Source: Alkalispirochaeta sp.
GTDB taxonomy: Bacteria > Spirochaetota > Spirochaetia > DSM-27196 > Alkalispirochaetaceae
Assembly: GCA_965601925.1 (NCBI GenBank)
Contig: OZ271854.1
Span: 3,552,001 to 3,616,000 of the forward strand
Length of the DNA stretch: 64,000 nt
Reading direction: 5' to 3'
Numbering within the stretch: the stretch's first letter is position 1; the number at the start of each line of letters is the position of its first letter. The notes below the pieces were generated by a model that searched no databases, was not told the origin of the DNA, and saw nothing but the letters and a program-made list of their open reading frames with translations. Of this stretch, positions 1 to 7,086 are shown one piece after another. Both the position numbers and the translations under genes were made by a program.

Positions 1-53
1 TCCCGCAGAAAGGGCAGGTCGTCGCGCGTAGCGACGCGAAGCAAAAATGCCAT
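1..53 (-). CDS. N-terminus of probable GNAT acetyltransferase (runs off window start)
   Basis: GGAGG RBS then ATG at 53; MAFLLRVATRDDLPFLR matches the typical GNAT N-terminal 'IRxATxDDL' pattern. Confidence 0.55.
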   Translation of the reverse strand, partial: MAFLLRVATRDDLPFLR

Positions 54-285
54 CAGATCTCCTCCTTACCGCCTGGAATCGCCGCAGGTGCACCCGATAA
101 CGGCTGCATCCGCGTGGGAACATAGTAATGAAGATCGGCACGCAACGGCTCGGAACTCCTTCCGAGTGTAGCGGGTGCCCACTGACGAAATCATACGATG
201 TATGATGCGCCGTAGCCGCTCTTCCGGAACCGGCGCTTGGAGAGGGGGTATAGCGGAACGAGCTTCGGTGTTGTGGGGAGAAGGC

Positions 286-744
286 TTATTCAATGGACTT
301 GTCGACCCACAGTGTTTTTGATAACTCAAATCCATTTTTTGTATAAAGGTTTTGTGCAGGTATATTTTCGGATCCTGTAATACAAGCGATGTATCGTATG
401 TTTCGTTCTTTTGACCAGTTCTCGATGAATGATACAAGCCTCGAGCCGATGTTCATATTCCTGAAGTTTTCATCTACAAAAAGCTCGTTTAACCAAAGGT
501 AATCGGCGCCTGTCTCAAGCCCTGCGCACACATTCCCAAACGCAAATGCGGCGATGGTGTCATCTTTGAAGCAAAGGAAAAAAACGGCATTCGATGAGTC
601 CCGAGAGGCATTGATTATGGCACGCTTGACGTGATCGGAGTCTTTTTTCGAACCAATCGTTTCCATTTGCTTCAGGATGAGAGAAATCAATGAATCGATA
701 TGCTCTAATGTAGCGCTCTTTTCCACGACTGTTATTTGTTCCAC
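286..744 (-). CDS. GNAT family N-acetyltransferase (cassette-like)
   Basis: WLNELFVDENFRNMNIGSRL (acetyl-CoA motif A), N..AQNLYTKNGF (motif B); AT-rich; preceded by GTTATGT core site at 771-777. Confidence 0.85.
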   Translation of the reverse strand: MEQITVVEKSATLEHIDSLISLILKQMETIGSKKDSDHVKRAIINASRDSSNAVFFLCFKDDTIAAFAFGNVCAGLETGADYLWLNELFVDENFRNMNIGSRLVSFIENWSKERNIRYIACITGSENIPAQNLYTKNGFELSKTLWVDKSIE

Positions 745-770
745 ATTATCTCCCCTGATAAATCATTGTA

Positions 771-786
771 ACATAACGCGTTATGA
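771..786 (-). repeat. Collapsed attC remnant (two core sites back to back)
   Basis: ACATAAC-GC-GTTATGA; same ACATAAC core as the attC sites at 6307, 11460 and 12651, 27 bp upstream of the GNAT start. Confidence 0.45.
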
Positions 787-1009
787 ATGATTGAAGGTCG
801 CGGCACGGCAACTCCATTTAGTGTCTTCCGCTTTGTCGCCGTAACAGCGGCAGATGTTTATCACACCGGTGTAATGCATCCGCATCGCCTATGCTCCAAC
901 GGGAACGTGACGACGAGAGGGCGACCGGTGAATCGTTCATCGCCTTCGGTTTCGTGTTCCACCCCCGGTCGAGTCGGAGGGCGTGCGTAACCTTGAAACG
1001 CTTTTGGGA

Positions 1010-1975
1010 CTACGTGATACCGTGCCGTTCCAGCCACGTTAACATCGCGTGGTTTGTCTCTTCCGGCTTTTCCTGCTGGATCCAATGACCGCAATCCAGA
1101 CTGACTACCTCCGCATTAGGCACAAACTCTGTTAGTCGCTCAAACTTCGGGATCACATCACGGTCGCCATAGATCATGAGTGTAGGCTGGCCGATGATTG
1201 GGTTCGCGTCCGCCAGTAGGTGCCAGTTACGGTCAAGGTTCCGGTACCAGTTTATACTGCCTGTAAACCCCGTCGACTCGAAGGCGGAGACGAAAACGGC
1301 AAGTTCGTCGTCACTCATTATCGGTTCGCCAGGCGGTGTTTCTGCTCTCGCAAGATTAATCATGGCCATACCCGGCTGAGGCGGGGCGGGGGGCACGTTC
1401 TTGCGGAACATATTGCGAAGGAATCGTGAAGTATTTGCTTCCAACACCGCATCCGCGACACCAGGCTGTCGATTGAAGTGGACAAAATAGTAGTCGCCGC
1501 CGAGAAACTCTTCCATGAGCTTGATCCACGGTCTTTCTTCGCGCTCTTGGTACGGCAAGGCCAGATTTATCACGGTATTGACACGGCTCGGATGCAGCAA
1601 GGTCAGTCCCCAAACGACCATTGCACCCCAATCATGGCCGACAAAGGTCGCATCTTCGTACTCGTAGTGATCGAGAAGTGCGACGAGATCACCCGATAAA
1701 TGTTCAATGTCGTAGTCCGTTACTTCGGTCGGACGGGATGAGTTGCCGTAACCCCGCTGGTTTGGGACGATAACATGGTAGCCCGCCTCAGCAAGGGCGG
1801 GCACCTGATGGCGCCAAGAAAAGGCGTGCTCCGGCCAGCCGTGGCATAGTACAATAGGCTTTCCTCTATTGTGTCGACCCGCTTCAAAGACCTCGAGCTC
1901 CACACCGTTGACTGAGACTAAGGTGGGCTTGGGAAAATTGGTTGGATACAGCGGTTTGTTTGTTCCGGTTCTCAT
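1010..1975 (-). CDS. Alpha/beta hydrolase, epoxide-hydrolase-like
   Basis: HGWP oxyanion motif, GHDWGA nucleophile elbow, NWYRN, CGHWIQQE; ATG at 1975 has a GGAGG RBS. Confidence 0.9.
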   Translation of the reverse strand: MRTGTNKPLYPTNFPKPTLVSVNGVELEVFEAGRHNRGKPIVLCHGWPEHAFSWRHQVPALAEAGYHVIVPNQRGYGNSSRPTEVTDYDIEHLSGDLVALLDHYEYEDATFVGHDWGAMVVWGLTLLHPSRVNTVINLALPYQEREERPWIKLMEEFLGGDYYFVHFNRQPGVADAVLEANTSRFLRNMFRKNVPPAPPQPGMAMINLARAETPPGEPIMSDDELAVFVSAFESTGFTGSINWYRNLDRNWHLLADANPIIGQPTLMIYGDRDVIPKFERLTEFVPNAEVVSLDCGHWIQQEKPEETNHAMLTWLERHGIT

Positions 1976-2027
1976 ATTTTCAACCTCCGTTCGGTTCTGC
2001 AAAGATGGTGCAAGCGTAGCACCGAAT

Positions 2028-2046
2028 CATGACATCTCCTGTCGTG
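2028..2046. promoter_or_regulatory. Palindromic operator between divergent hydrolase and WYL regulator
   Basis: CATGACA-TCTCC-TGTCGTG imperfect inverted repeat; TATACT -10 at 2055-2060 just ahead of the WYL ATG. Confidence 0.55.
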
Positions 2047-2068
2047 TATTCCGATATACTCTCTCAAT

Positions 2069-3043
2069 ATGCGTGCCGATCGATTAGTTGCATTGGTTCT
2101 GCTCTTGCGCCGTCGTGGACGACTCTCCGCGTCCGAGCTCGCCGACGAGCTGGAGGTATCCACCCGGACGGTGCTGCGTGACATCGAAGCGCTGTCCATG
2201 GCAGGTGTTCCGGTGTACGCCGAGCGCGGCCGGCACGGCGGGTTCGAGTTACTACCCAGTTTCCGATCCGAACTCACGGGACTGAACCACGAGGAGTCAC
2301 TCGCCCTGCTGGCGGCCGGCTCGCGACGGGGCGCGCAGGTGTTCGGTCTCGGTTCGGCCCTCGCCTCGGCGATGCTAAAAGTGTTCGACGCGCTCCCCAA
2401 AGACGTCCGTGACACTGCCGTCGTTGCGGCGGAACGAATCCTCATCGACCCGGAGATCGATTTGTTCTCGCGCCGGATGGCGCCCGAAGAAGTACCGGAA
2501 TCGATCCTAACTCCAGTTCGACACGCTGTGTTGAATGGACACAAGCTGCGCATCCACTACGCCGCTTTGAACCGACCGGCGCAGTGGCGCGTCGTCGACC
2601 CGCTCGGCCTGGTCGCACTACGTGAGCAGGTGTACCTGTTGGCCACGAGGTCGGGAGCGGATCGAACCTACCGGCTCTCCAGGATGACGGACGCCGAGGA
2701 GCTCGCCGAACCGGCAGAGCGGCCGGAGCGCGTCGATCTTGAGCGGGTGTGGCAGGAACGAAGCACCACCTTCCTCGCCGGCGGCGACCAAGTCACGGTG
2801 CTGGTCCGCGTGAATCCGAAGCACCGAGAAACCTTGGTCAAAACCGCTTTGGCCGTCTTTGCCGAAGAGGTGGGGGGGGATGGGTGGCGCGAACTCAAAG
2901 CGACCTTTCAGGATGCGCGACACGCCGAGTGGGCGCTGTGGCACCTCGCGATGGACGCGGAGGTACTGACGCCGGATTGGTTGCGCACCTCTCTCCGGGA
3001 CCGCGCAGCGGCCGTAGCCTCACGGTATGGTTCAGAACGCTGA
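2069..3043 (+). CDS. HTH-WYL(-WCX) transcriptional regulator, YafY-like
   Basis: wHTH 'SELADELEVSTRTVLRDIEAL...GRHGG', WYL 'R.VDPLGLV....VYLLA......RTYRLSRM', C-terminal 'EVLTP.WLR'. Confidence 0.92.
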   Translation: MRADRLVALVLLLRRRGRLSASELADELEVSTRTVLRDIEALSMAGVPVYAERGRHGGFELLPSFRSELTGLNHEESLALLAAGSRRGAQVFGLGSALASAMLKVFDALPKDVRDTAVVAAERILIDPEIDLFSRRMAPEEVPESILTPVRHAVLNGHKLRIHYAALNRPAQWRVVDPLGLVALREQVYLLATRSGADRTYRLSRMTDAEELAEPAERPERVDLERVWQERSTTFLAGGDQVTVLVRVNPKHRETLVKTALAVFAEEVGGDGWRELKATFQDARHAEWALWHLAMDAEVLTPDWLRTSLRDRAAAVASRYGSER

Positions 3044-3093
3044 CCGCCTCGGGTGTTATGGGGGACGATGAACACAATGTTATATGATATTGA

Positions 3094-4439
3094 TGTCCGT
3101 TCCTGGGATATGGGTAACAGATTATTCTCGAGACATCGGTAACACCTTGGGTCGCTCAAGGGGGTGCGCATACCCATCGGGCACCCGGGAAATGATGTCT
3201 TCCACGACGTTACGTTCTACATCATACCGCCCAATCTGATAGAAGCAGAAGTAGATACCAAAGATGCCGGTGTCTACCTCTTCAAGGCCGACGTAGTGTT
3301 CCTTCAGCGTCGAGGAGAGAAAGAACTGCCGGTTCAACACACGTATCGTCCCGGCGCGACTGACCCGAGGGACCAGGTAGTGCGCGGGATAGTCATAGGT
3401 CGTGAAGCGCTTCGGCATACTCCATGGTGATCGCCGATAAAGATCCGCGGGACGAACCATATCAATATCTTCGTGGGGACGAATCTGATTGAACTCGTCC
3501 CGAAAAGCATCGAAGCGTCGTTGTTGTGCGGCCATACTCGCCTCCGGTGGTATGGCGGTCTCTCGTTTCAGCGTCGAGTGCGTGTGTTCGTGAATACCGT
3601 TCTGCTGGGGACGGCCCGGCTCGATGAGTTCGGGATAGATGCCCAGGGAGATGAACCACACCGACAGTTGCGACAAGCGTGCCAGGGCACTGGAGACGAA
3701 TGGAGCTCCGTTGTCGGTACGAATGCGTTCTGGAAGGCCATAGGTGCGAAACAGATGGGTGAAGAACGCCTTCGATCGTTCGAGTGAGACTGCCTGATGG
3801 CTCTCGACGCCGAGGATGTAGCGCGAGAAGAGGTTACTGACGGTGAGAGGAAAGCAGTAGATGCCGTTCTTCAGGCGGAACTGTCCTTTGTAGTCGGCGG
3901 CCCATACGTCATTCGGTATCTCAGGACGGTGCTTGGGACAGCCTAGATGCCTCCGTTTCCAGCTGCGACTCGTGGGTTTCACCAGTCCGGCTTTCGAGAG
4001 TATCCGCGCGGCGGTTGAGATCGCCGGCAGATGCCAGTCGGGATGCGCCCGTTCGATGAGAGCTAAGAGCTTGCGTGGACCCCATCGTGGATGAGCGGTG
4101 CGAAGACGAATCACTTCGTCGCGTACGGTGTCGCTCATCGCCCATGGACAGCTATGGGGCGTTCGGGATTCCTCTCGCAGCCCATCCTCTCCATGGTGCT
4201 CCCAGCGATGAACCCATTTGTATGCGGTCTTCCGGGATATCGTGAATCGCTGGGCTAACTCGGTGATCGTATAGATATTCAACCGGTAGTCCCGGATGAA
4301 GTTCTTCCGTTGCTCGTGCACGGTAACTCTTTTCCATGACATGAGCTCTCCTCCCCGTAGAGAGTGTTACCCATGTCCTGAGAATTCGTGTTACCGATGT
4401 TGCGAGAATTTCTTGTTACCTATGTCTCCGAACGGTTCA
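3094..4439 (-). mobile_element. IS481-family insertion sequence
   Basis: 26-bp imperfect terminal IRs (TGTCCGTTCCTGGGATATGGGTAACA vs TGAACCGTTCGGAGACATAGGTAACA) with reiterated TGTTACCnATGT subterminal motifs; no flanking duplication seen. Confidence 0.8.
3122..4342 (-). CDS. IS481-family DDE transposase
   Basis: N-terminal HTH (ISRKTAYKWV), WGPRKL, integrase core WAADYKG / RTDNG / PGRPQQNG.HE. Confidence 0.9.
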   Translation of the reverse strand: MSWKRVTVHEQRKNFIRDYRLNIYTITELAQRFTISRKTAYKWVHRWEHHGEDGLREESRTPHSCPWAMSDTVRDEVIRLRTAHPRWGPRKLLALIERAHPDWHLPAISTAARILSKAGLVKPTSRSWKRRHLGCPKHRPEIPNDVWAADYKGQFRLKNGIYCFPLTVSNLFSRYILGVESHQAVSLERSKAFFTHLFRTYGLPERIRTDNGAPFVSSALARLSQLSVWFISLGIYPELIEPGRPQQNGIHEHTHSTLKRETAIPPEASMAAQQRRFDAFRDEFNQIRPHEDIDMVRPADLYRRSPWSMPKRFTTYDYPAHYLVPRVSRAGTIRVLNRQFFLSSTLKEHYVGLEEVDTGIFGIYFCFYQIGRYDVERNVVEDIISRVPDGYAHPLERPKVLPMSRE

Positions 4440-4456
4440 TTCCGTCTGGTTGTGGC

Positions 4457-4747
4457 TTACGCCGAAACCGGCCGAATTGCCTCGATTTCTTTGTGATGGA
4501 CGCTTTCTTCTTCTTCCAAGTCGAAGTCATCCTGCAATCCTAACCAAAAGCGTGGCGATACACCGAAGTACTTTCCTAATCGCAAGGCCGTCTCAGCCGT
4601 TACTCGTCGCTGGGCTCGGATGATCTCAGAAATACGAGTTTGTGACAATCCTGTATCTTTTGCCAAGCGATAGGCCGTTATGCCCATCGGAATCAGAAAC
4701 TCTTCTTTGAGCACTTCACCGGGATGGATGTTTCTTAACTTCTCCAT
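4457..4747 (-). CDS. higA: HigA-family antitoxin (HTH-XRE)
   Basis: IHPGEVLKEEFL...RVTAETALRLGKYFG.SPRFWLGLQ; ATG at 4747 with AGGAG RBS. Confidence 0.92.
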   Translation of the reverse strand: MEKLRNIHPGEVLKEEFLIPMGITAYRLAKDTGLSQTRISEIIRAQRRVTAETALRLGKYFGVSPRFWLGLQDDFDLEEEESVHHKEIEAIRPVSA

Positions 4748-4757
4748 ACTGTTCTCC

Positions 4758-5039
4758 TTAATGGTAGTCGACGATTTCGGCATCGTATACATCGCCATCT
4801 ACCCATCGAAAACAAATGCGCCACTGATCGTTGATCCGAATGCTGTACTGTCCGCTTCGATTTCCCTTTAGTTTCTCCAAGCGATTATTCGGCGGTACGC
4901 GCAATTCAGCGATGTTTGTCGCGTTATTCATCATTCTCAGTTTCCGCCGAGCTGTATTCTGGATATCTGGTGGTAATCGCGGTGTTCGATTTCCTTCCCA
5001 GATATCACGTGTCGCTTGCGATGCAAAACTTCGGATCAC
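4758..5039 (-). CDS. higB: HigB-family (RelE-like) toxin
   Basis: MIRSF...LRVPPNNRLEKLKG.RSGQYSIRINDQWRICFRW...EIVDYH; toxin-before-antitoxin order. Confidence 0.92.
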   Translation of the reverse strand: MIRSFASQATRDIWEGNRTPRLPPDIQNTARRKLRMMNNATNIAELRVPPNNRLEKLKGNRSGQYSIRINDQWRICFRWVDGDVYDAEIVDYH

Positions 5040-5043
5040 TACT

Positions 5044-5074
5044 CAATACTATCGCAATACAGTACTATTGTAAA
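5044..5074 (-). promoter_or_regulatory. higBA sigma70 promoter with overlapping operator
   Basis: TTTACA-N17-TAGTAT on minus strand, -10 ending 6 nt before the GTG start; imperfect IR CAATACTA...TACTATTG. Confidence 0.6.
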
Positions 5075-5172
5075 TCAGAAGTATATCTACTTGTTGTGTT
5101 TCGATAAGAGTTTTACCGAGTGGCTGAAGAACGAAGCCCAACCACCCGGTAATAACTAATGGTAGAAGCCTT

Positions 5173-5439
5173 TTACGAGGCTTTCTCTTGGTGGCGCGTT
5201 AGCTTACCGGCGCGCGCCGCCACTTTGAAAATGCATCCATCACATTGACCCTTCGTACTCTTGCACCGGCAGGCTGCACATACGTCGTAGAGGTCATAGT
5301 CTTCGATTGCATCGAGGATGAGGCGATTCAGTGTCCTTGTCATTGGCTCATTTTTGAACCACGCCATTCGTCTGAGAGCGAAGACCGCATCGCGGCTTAA
5401 TTTCGGGACATACGTACCAGCGCCAATCTTTGTGTGCAT
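5173..5439 (-). CDS. Small hypothetical protein, RHH-like N-terminus and CxxCxC...CxxC tail
   Basis: 88 aa from GAGGTG-RBS ATG; YVPKLSRDAVFALRRMAW....PMTRTL; CAACRC.....CDGC; ORF conserved in the second copy. Confidence 0.7.
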   Translation of the reverse strand: MHTKIGAGTYVPKLSRDAVFALRRMAWFKNEPMTRTLNRLILDAIEDYDLYDVCAACRCKSTKGQCDGCIFKVAARAGKLTRHQEKAS

Positions 5440-5508
5440 TTCCTGCACCTCAGTGAATGATGTATGCGGGAAAGCCATGCTTGGTCCCGCACCGGAGGTG
5501 CGCGCCGC

Positions 5509-5588
5509 TCCTCGTTTTCATGTGTCAAGGTCGAACGAAGTGAGCCCGAAGGGCTTGGCCTTTACACATGGAAAAGAGGACGTACAAT
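5509..5588. promoter_or_regulatory. Long imperfect hairpin containing promoter hexamers
   Basis: Arms TCCTCGTTTTCATGTGTCAAGGTCGA and TTGGCCTTTACACATGGAAAAGAGGA, apical GCCC-GAA-GGGC; TTTACA-N16-TACAAT on + strand, TTGACA on - strand. Confidence 0.6.
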
Positions 5589-5632
5589 GAGAAGACTGCG
5601 GGAGCAGGTTAGGTTGAGGCAGTTTTGGAGCG

Positions 5633-5953
5633 TTACCGGAGGTTTCTTCGGAGCAATATGTCTTCGATGTTTCGACGCCCGTCAATCACTGCGAGAATCA
5701 ATATCCGATCGGATTCTTGCGTATACAACACGCGCCATGGCGCGACGATGATTTCTCGATATTTCGTGATGTTCTGTTGTTCGAGTTCCGGAATGATCCG
5801 TCCGGTTTCCGGAAATTCTGATAATCGCGATACTTCGGAATCAATTTTTTCTGCGATGTTCTTCGCAATCGTCGCCGACGAATGATTAATGATCCAATCA
5901 ATGATTTCTCGGAAGTCTATCGCCGCGCTCGCGGCCCATGTTATTTGTGTCAT
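5633..5953 (-). CDS. RelE/ParE-family toxin
   Basis: I.W...A..D..EI.DWI...L.EFPETGRIIPE......REIIVAPWRVLY......ILAVIDGRR; downstream of a Phd antitoxin. Confidence 0.88.
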   Translation of the reverse strand: MTQITWAASAAIDFREIIDWIINHSSATIAKNIAEKIDSEVSRLSEFPETGRIIPELEQQNITKYREIIVAPWRVLYTQESDRILILAVIDGRRNIEDILLRRNLR

Positions 5954-5959
5954 CGAAAG

Positions 5960-6232
5960 TCAATCAGGAATACGACCATAGATGTCGTCCATGACCGACT
6001 TATGATCGACGGTTCGGTTGTCGGCGATATCTTTTTCACTTTGTGAGATGAGCTTCATCAGTCCAAGGGCATCTTTCATTTCTTGATACGTTTCGGTATC
6101 TAACAATACTGCCCGTGCTTCGCCATTTTGAGTGATTAATATCGGATTATGAGTGTCATTGACCTGCCGCAGCATCTCTGCAGCGTTGCTCTTCACATAC
6201 GAAATAGGGCGAATATCTGAATGAAGATTCAT
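5960..6232 (-). CDS. Phd/YefM-family antitoxin
   Basis: DIRPISYVKSNAAEML......PILITQNGEARAVLLD..TY. Confidence 0.9.
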   Translation of the reverse strand: MNLHSDIRPISYVKSNAAEMLRQVNDTHNPILITQNGEARAVLLDTETYQEMKDALGLMKLISQSEKDIADNRTVDHKSVMDDIYGRIPD

Positions 6233-6248
6233 AACCAGCCTCCCGGTT

Positions 6249-6282
6249 CAAATAACGTACTTTATTTGGTCTGTTTACGCAA
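6249..6282 (-). promoter_or_regulatory. TA promoter and operator
   Basis: TTGCGT-N17-TACGTT with perfect IR CAAATAA-N6-TTATTTG over the -10; identical in copy 2 (~12593-12626). Confidence 0.6.
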
Positions 6283-6306
6283 TTCGTTTGGGATAACGCA
6301 GAAGCA

Positions 6307-6427
6307 ACATAACACCGAGCCGACCTGCGGGCTGCGGCCCGGAGCCGTAGGCGGAGGGATTAGCGCGGCGGTTGCGTACGCGAGCGCCGTGCCAAAGCAG
6401 ATTGACTGGTCCAGCGTTATGTTATGT
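6307..6427 (-). repeat. attC site (intact, 121 bp)
   Basis: Minus strand: R'' ACATAAC, 5-bp spacer, L'' GCTGGACC (one extra base) ... L' GGTCGGC, 5-bp spacer, R' GTTATGT; homologous to the site at 12651. Confidence 0.88.
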
Positions 6428-6576
6428 TGATTCCGATTTTCTATTATAACTCTATTTCTTTATGCTATGTTGCATAGTGTTGTGGAGCTGCCATGTCATT
6501 ATTCGAGAACTATCAGACCTCAATATTCATAGTATATAATCGAAAAAGATGATCATTTGTCGCAGGATATCTAATA

Positions 6577-7083
6577 GTGAGACAAGATTCGCGAATCGAT
6601 TCGCATGACAATCGGCCGTCGCCGGAACGAAGTCGGAACATGGCCTCAGTTCCGAGCAAGAATACTTCGATCGAACTAAAGGTCCGAAGTGGCTTATTCG
6701 CTCGCGGATTCCGATATCGAGTTAATGATTCTCGTCTCCCTGGAAGACCCGATTTAGTCCTCGCCAAGTACAAGGCAGTCGTGTTTGTAAACGGTTGCTT
6801 TTGGCATCTGCATGGTTGTAAACGTTCTGCCCTTCCAAAAACACGAACTGATTGGTGGAGTCACAAGTTACGCCGAAATAAAGAGAGAGACGAGGCAGCA
6901 ATCTCGCAGTTACTGCAGAAAGGTTGGCGGGTCTTGACCATATGGGAGTGCAGTATACGAACAGGGAAGACAAAGGAGAAATCGACGATGAAACAAGTGT
7001 TGGATTTAGCATCAGTCTTTCTACATTCGGATGAGCAGCGAATGGAGATCCCTTTGCTACCTCAGTACATTGCTGGTAAGTGA
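6577..7083 (+). CDS. vsr: Very short patch repair endonuclease
   Basis: RSRNMAS...KNT..E, LPGRPD, VFVNGCFWH.H.C, N.ERD, GWRVLTIWEC. Confidence 0.93.
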   Translation: MRQDSRIDSHDNRPSPERSRNMASVPSKNTSIELKVRSGLFARGFRYRVNDSRLPGRPDLVLAKYKAVVFVNGCFWHLHGCKRSALPKTRTDWWSHKLRRNKERDEAAISQLLQKGWRVLTIWECSIRTGKTKEKSTMKQVLDLASVFLHSDEQRMEIPLLPQYIAGK

Positions 7084-7086
7084 GTT

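Larger units (their letters stand above)
5111..6313 (-). repeat. Copy 1 (intact) of duplicated TA + RHH-Cys cassette
   Basis: Colinear and highly similar to 11607-12657 from TTTTACCGAGTGGCTGAAG to GCAGAAGCAACATAAC. Confidence 0.9.

Noticed and set aside
255..285. R''-like CCACAAC-ACCGA after the GNAT stop as an attC
   Set aside because: No matching L'/R' arm could be found within ~150 bp; at most a remnant
3045..3090. GTTATGG and GTTATAT core-like heptamers next to the IS481 end
   Set aside because: No paired hairpin or L boxes; cannot be distinguished from chance
5090..5155. GTTGTGT plus hairpin TTACCGAGTGG...CCACCCGGTAA as the attC between the TA cassette and higBA
   Set aside because: The hairpin lacks RYYYAAC/GTTRRRY ends and looks more like a terminator; the attC seems deleted
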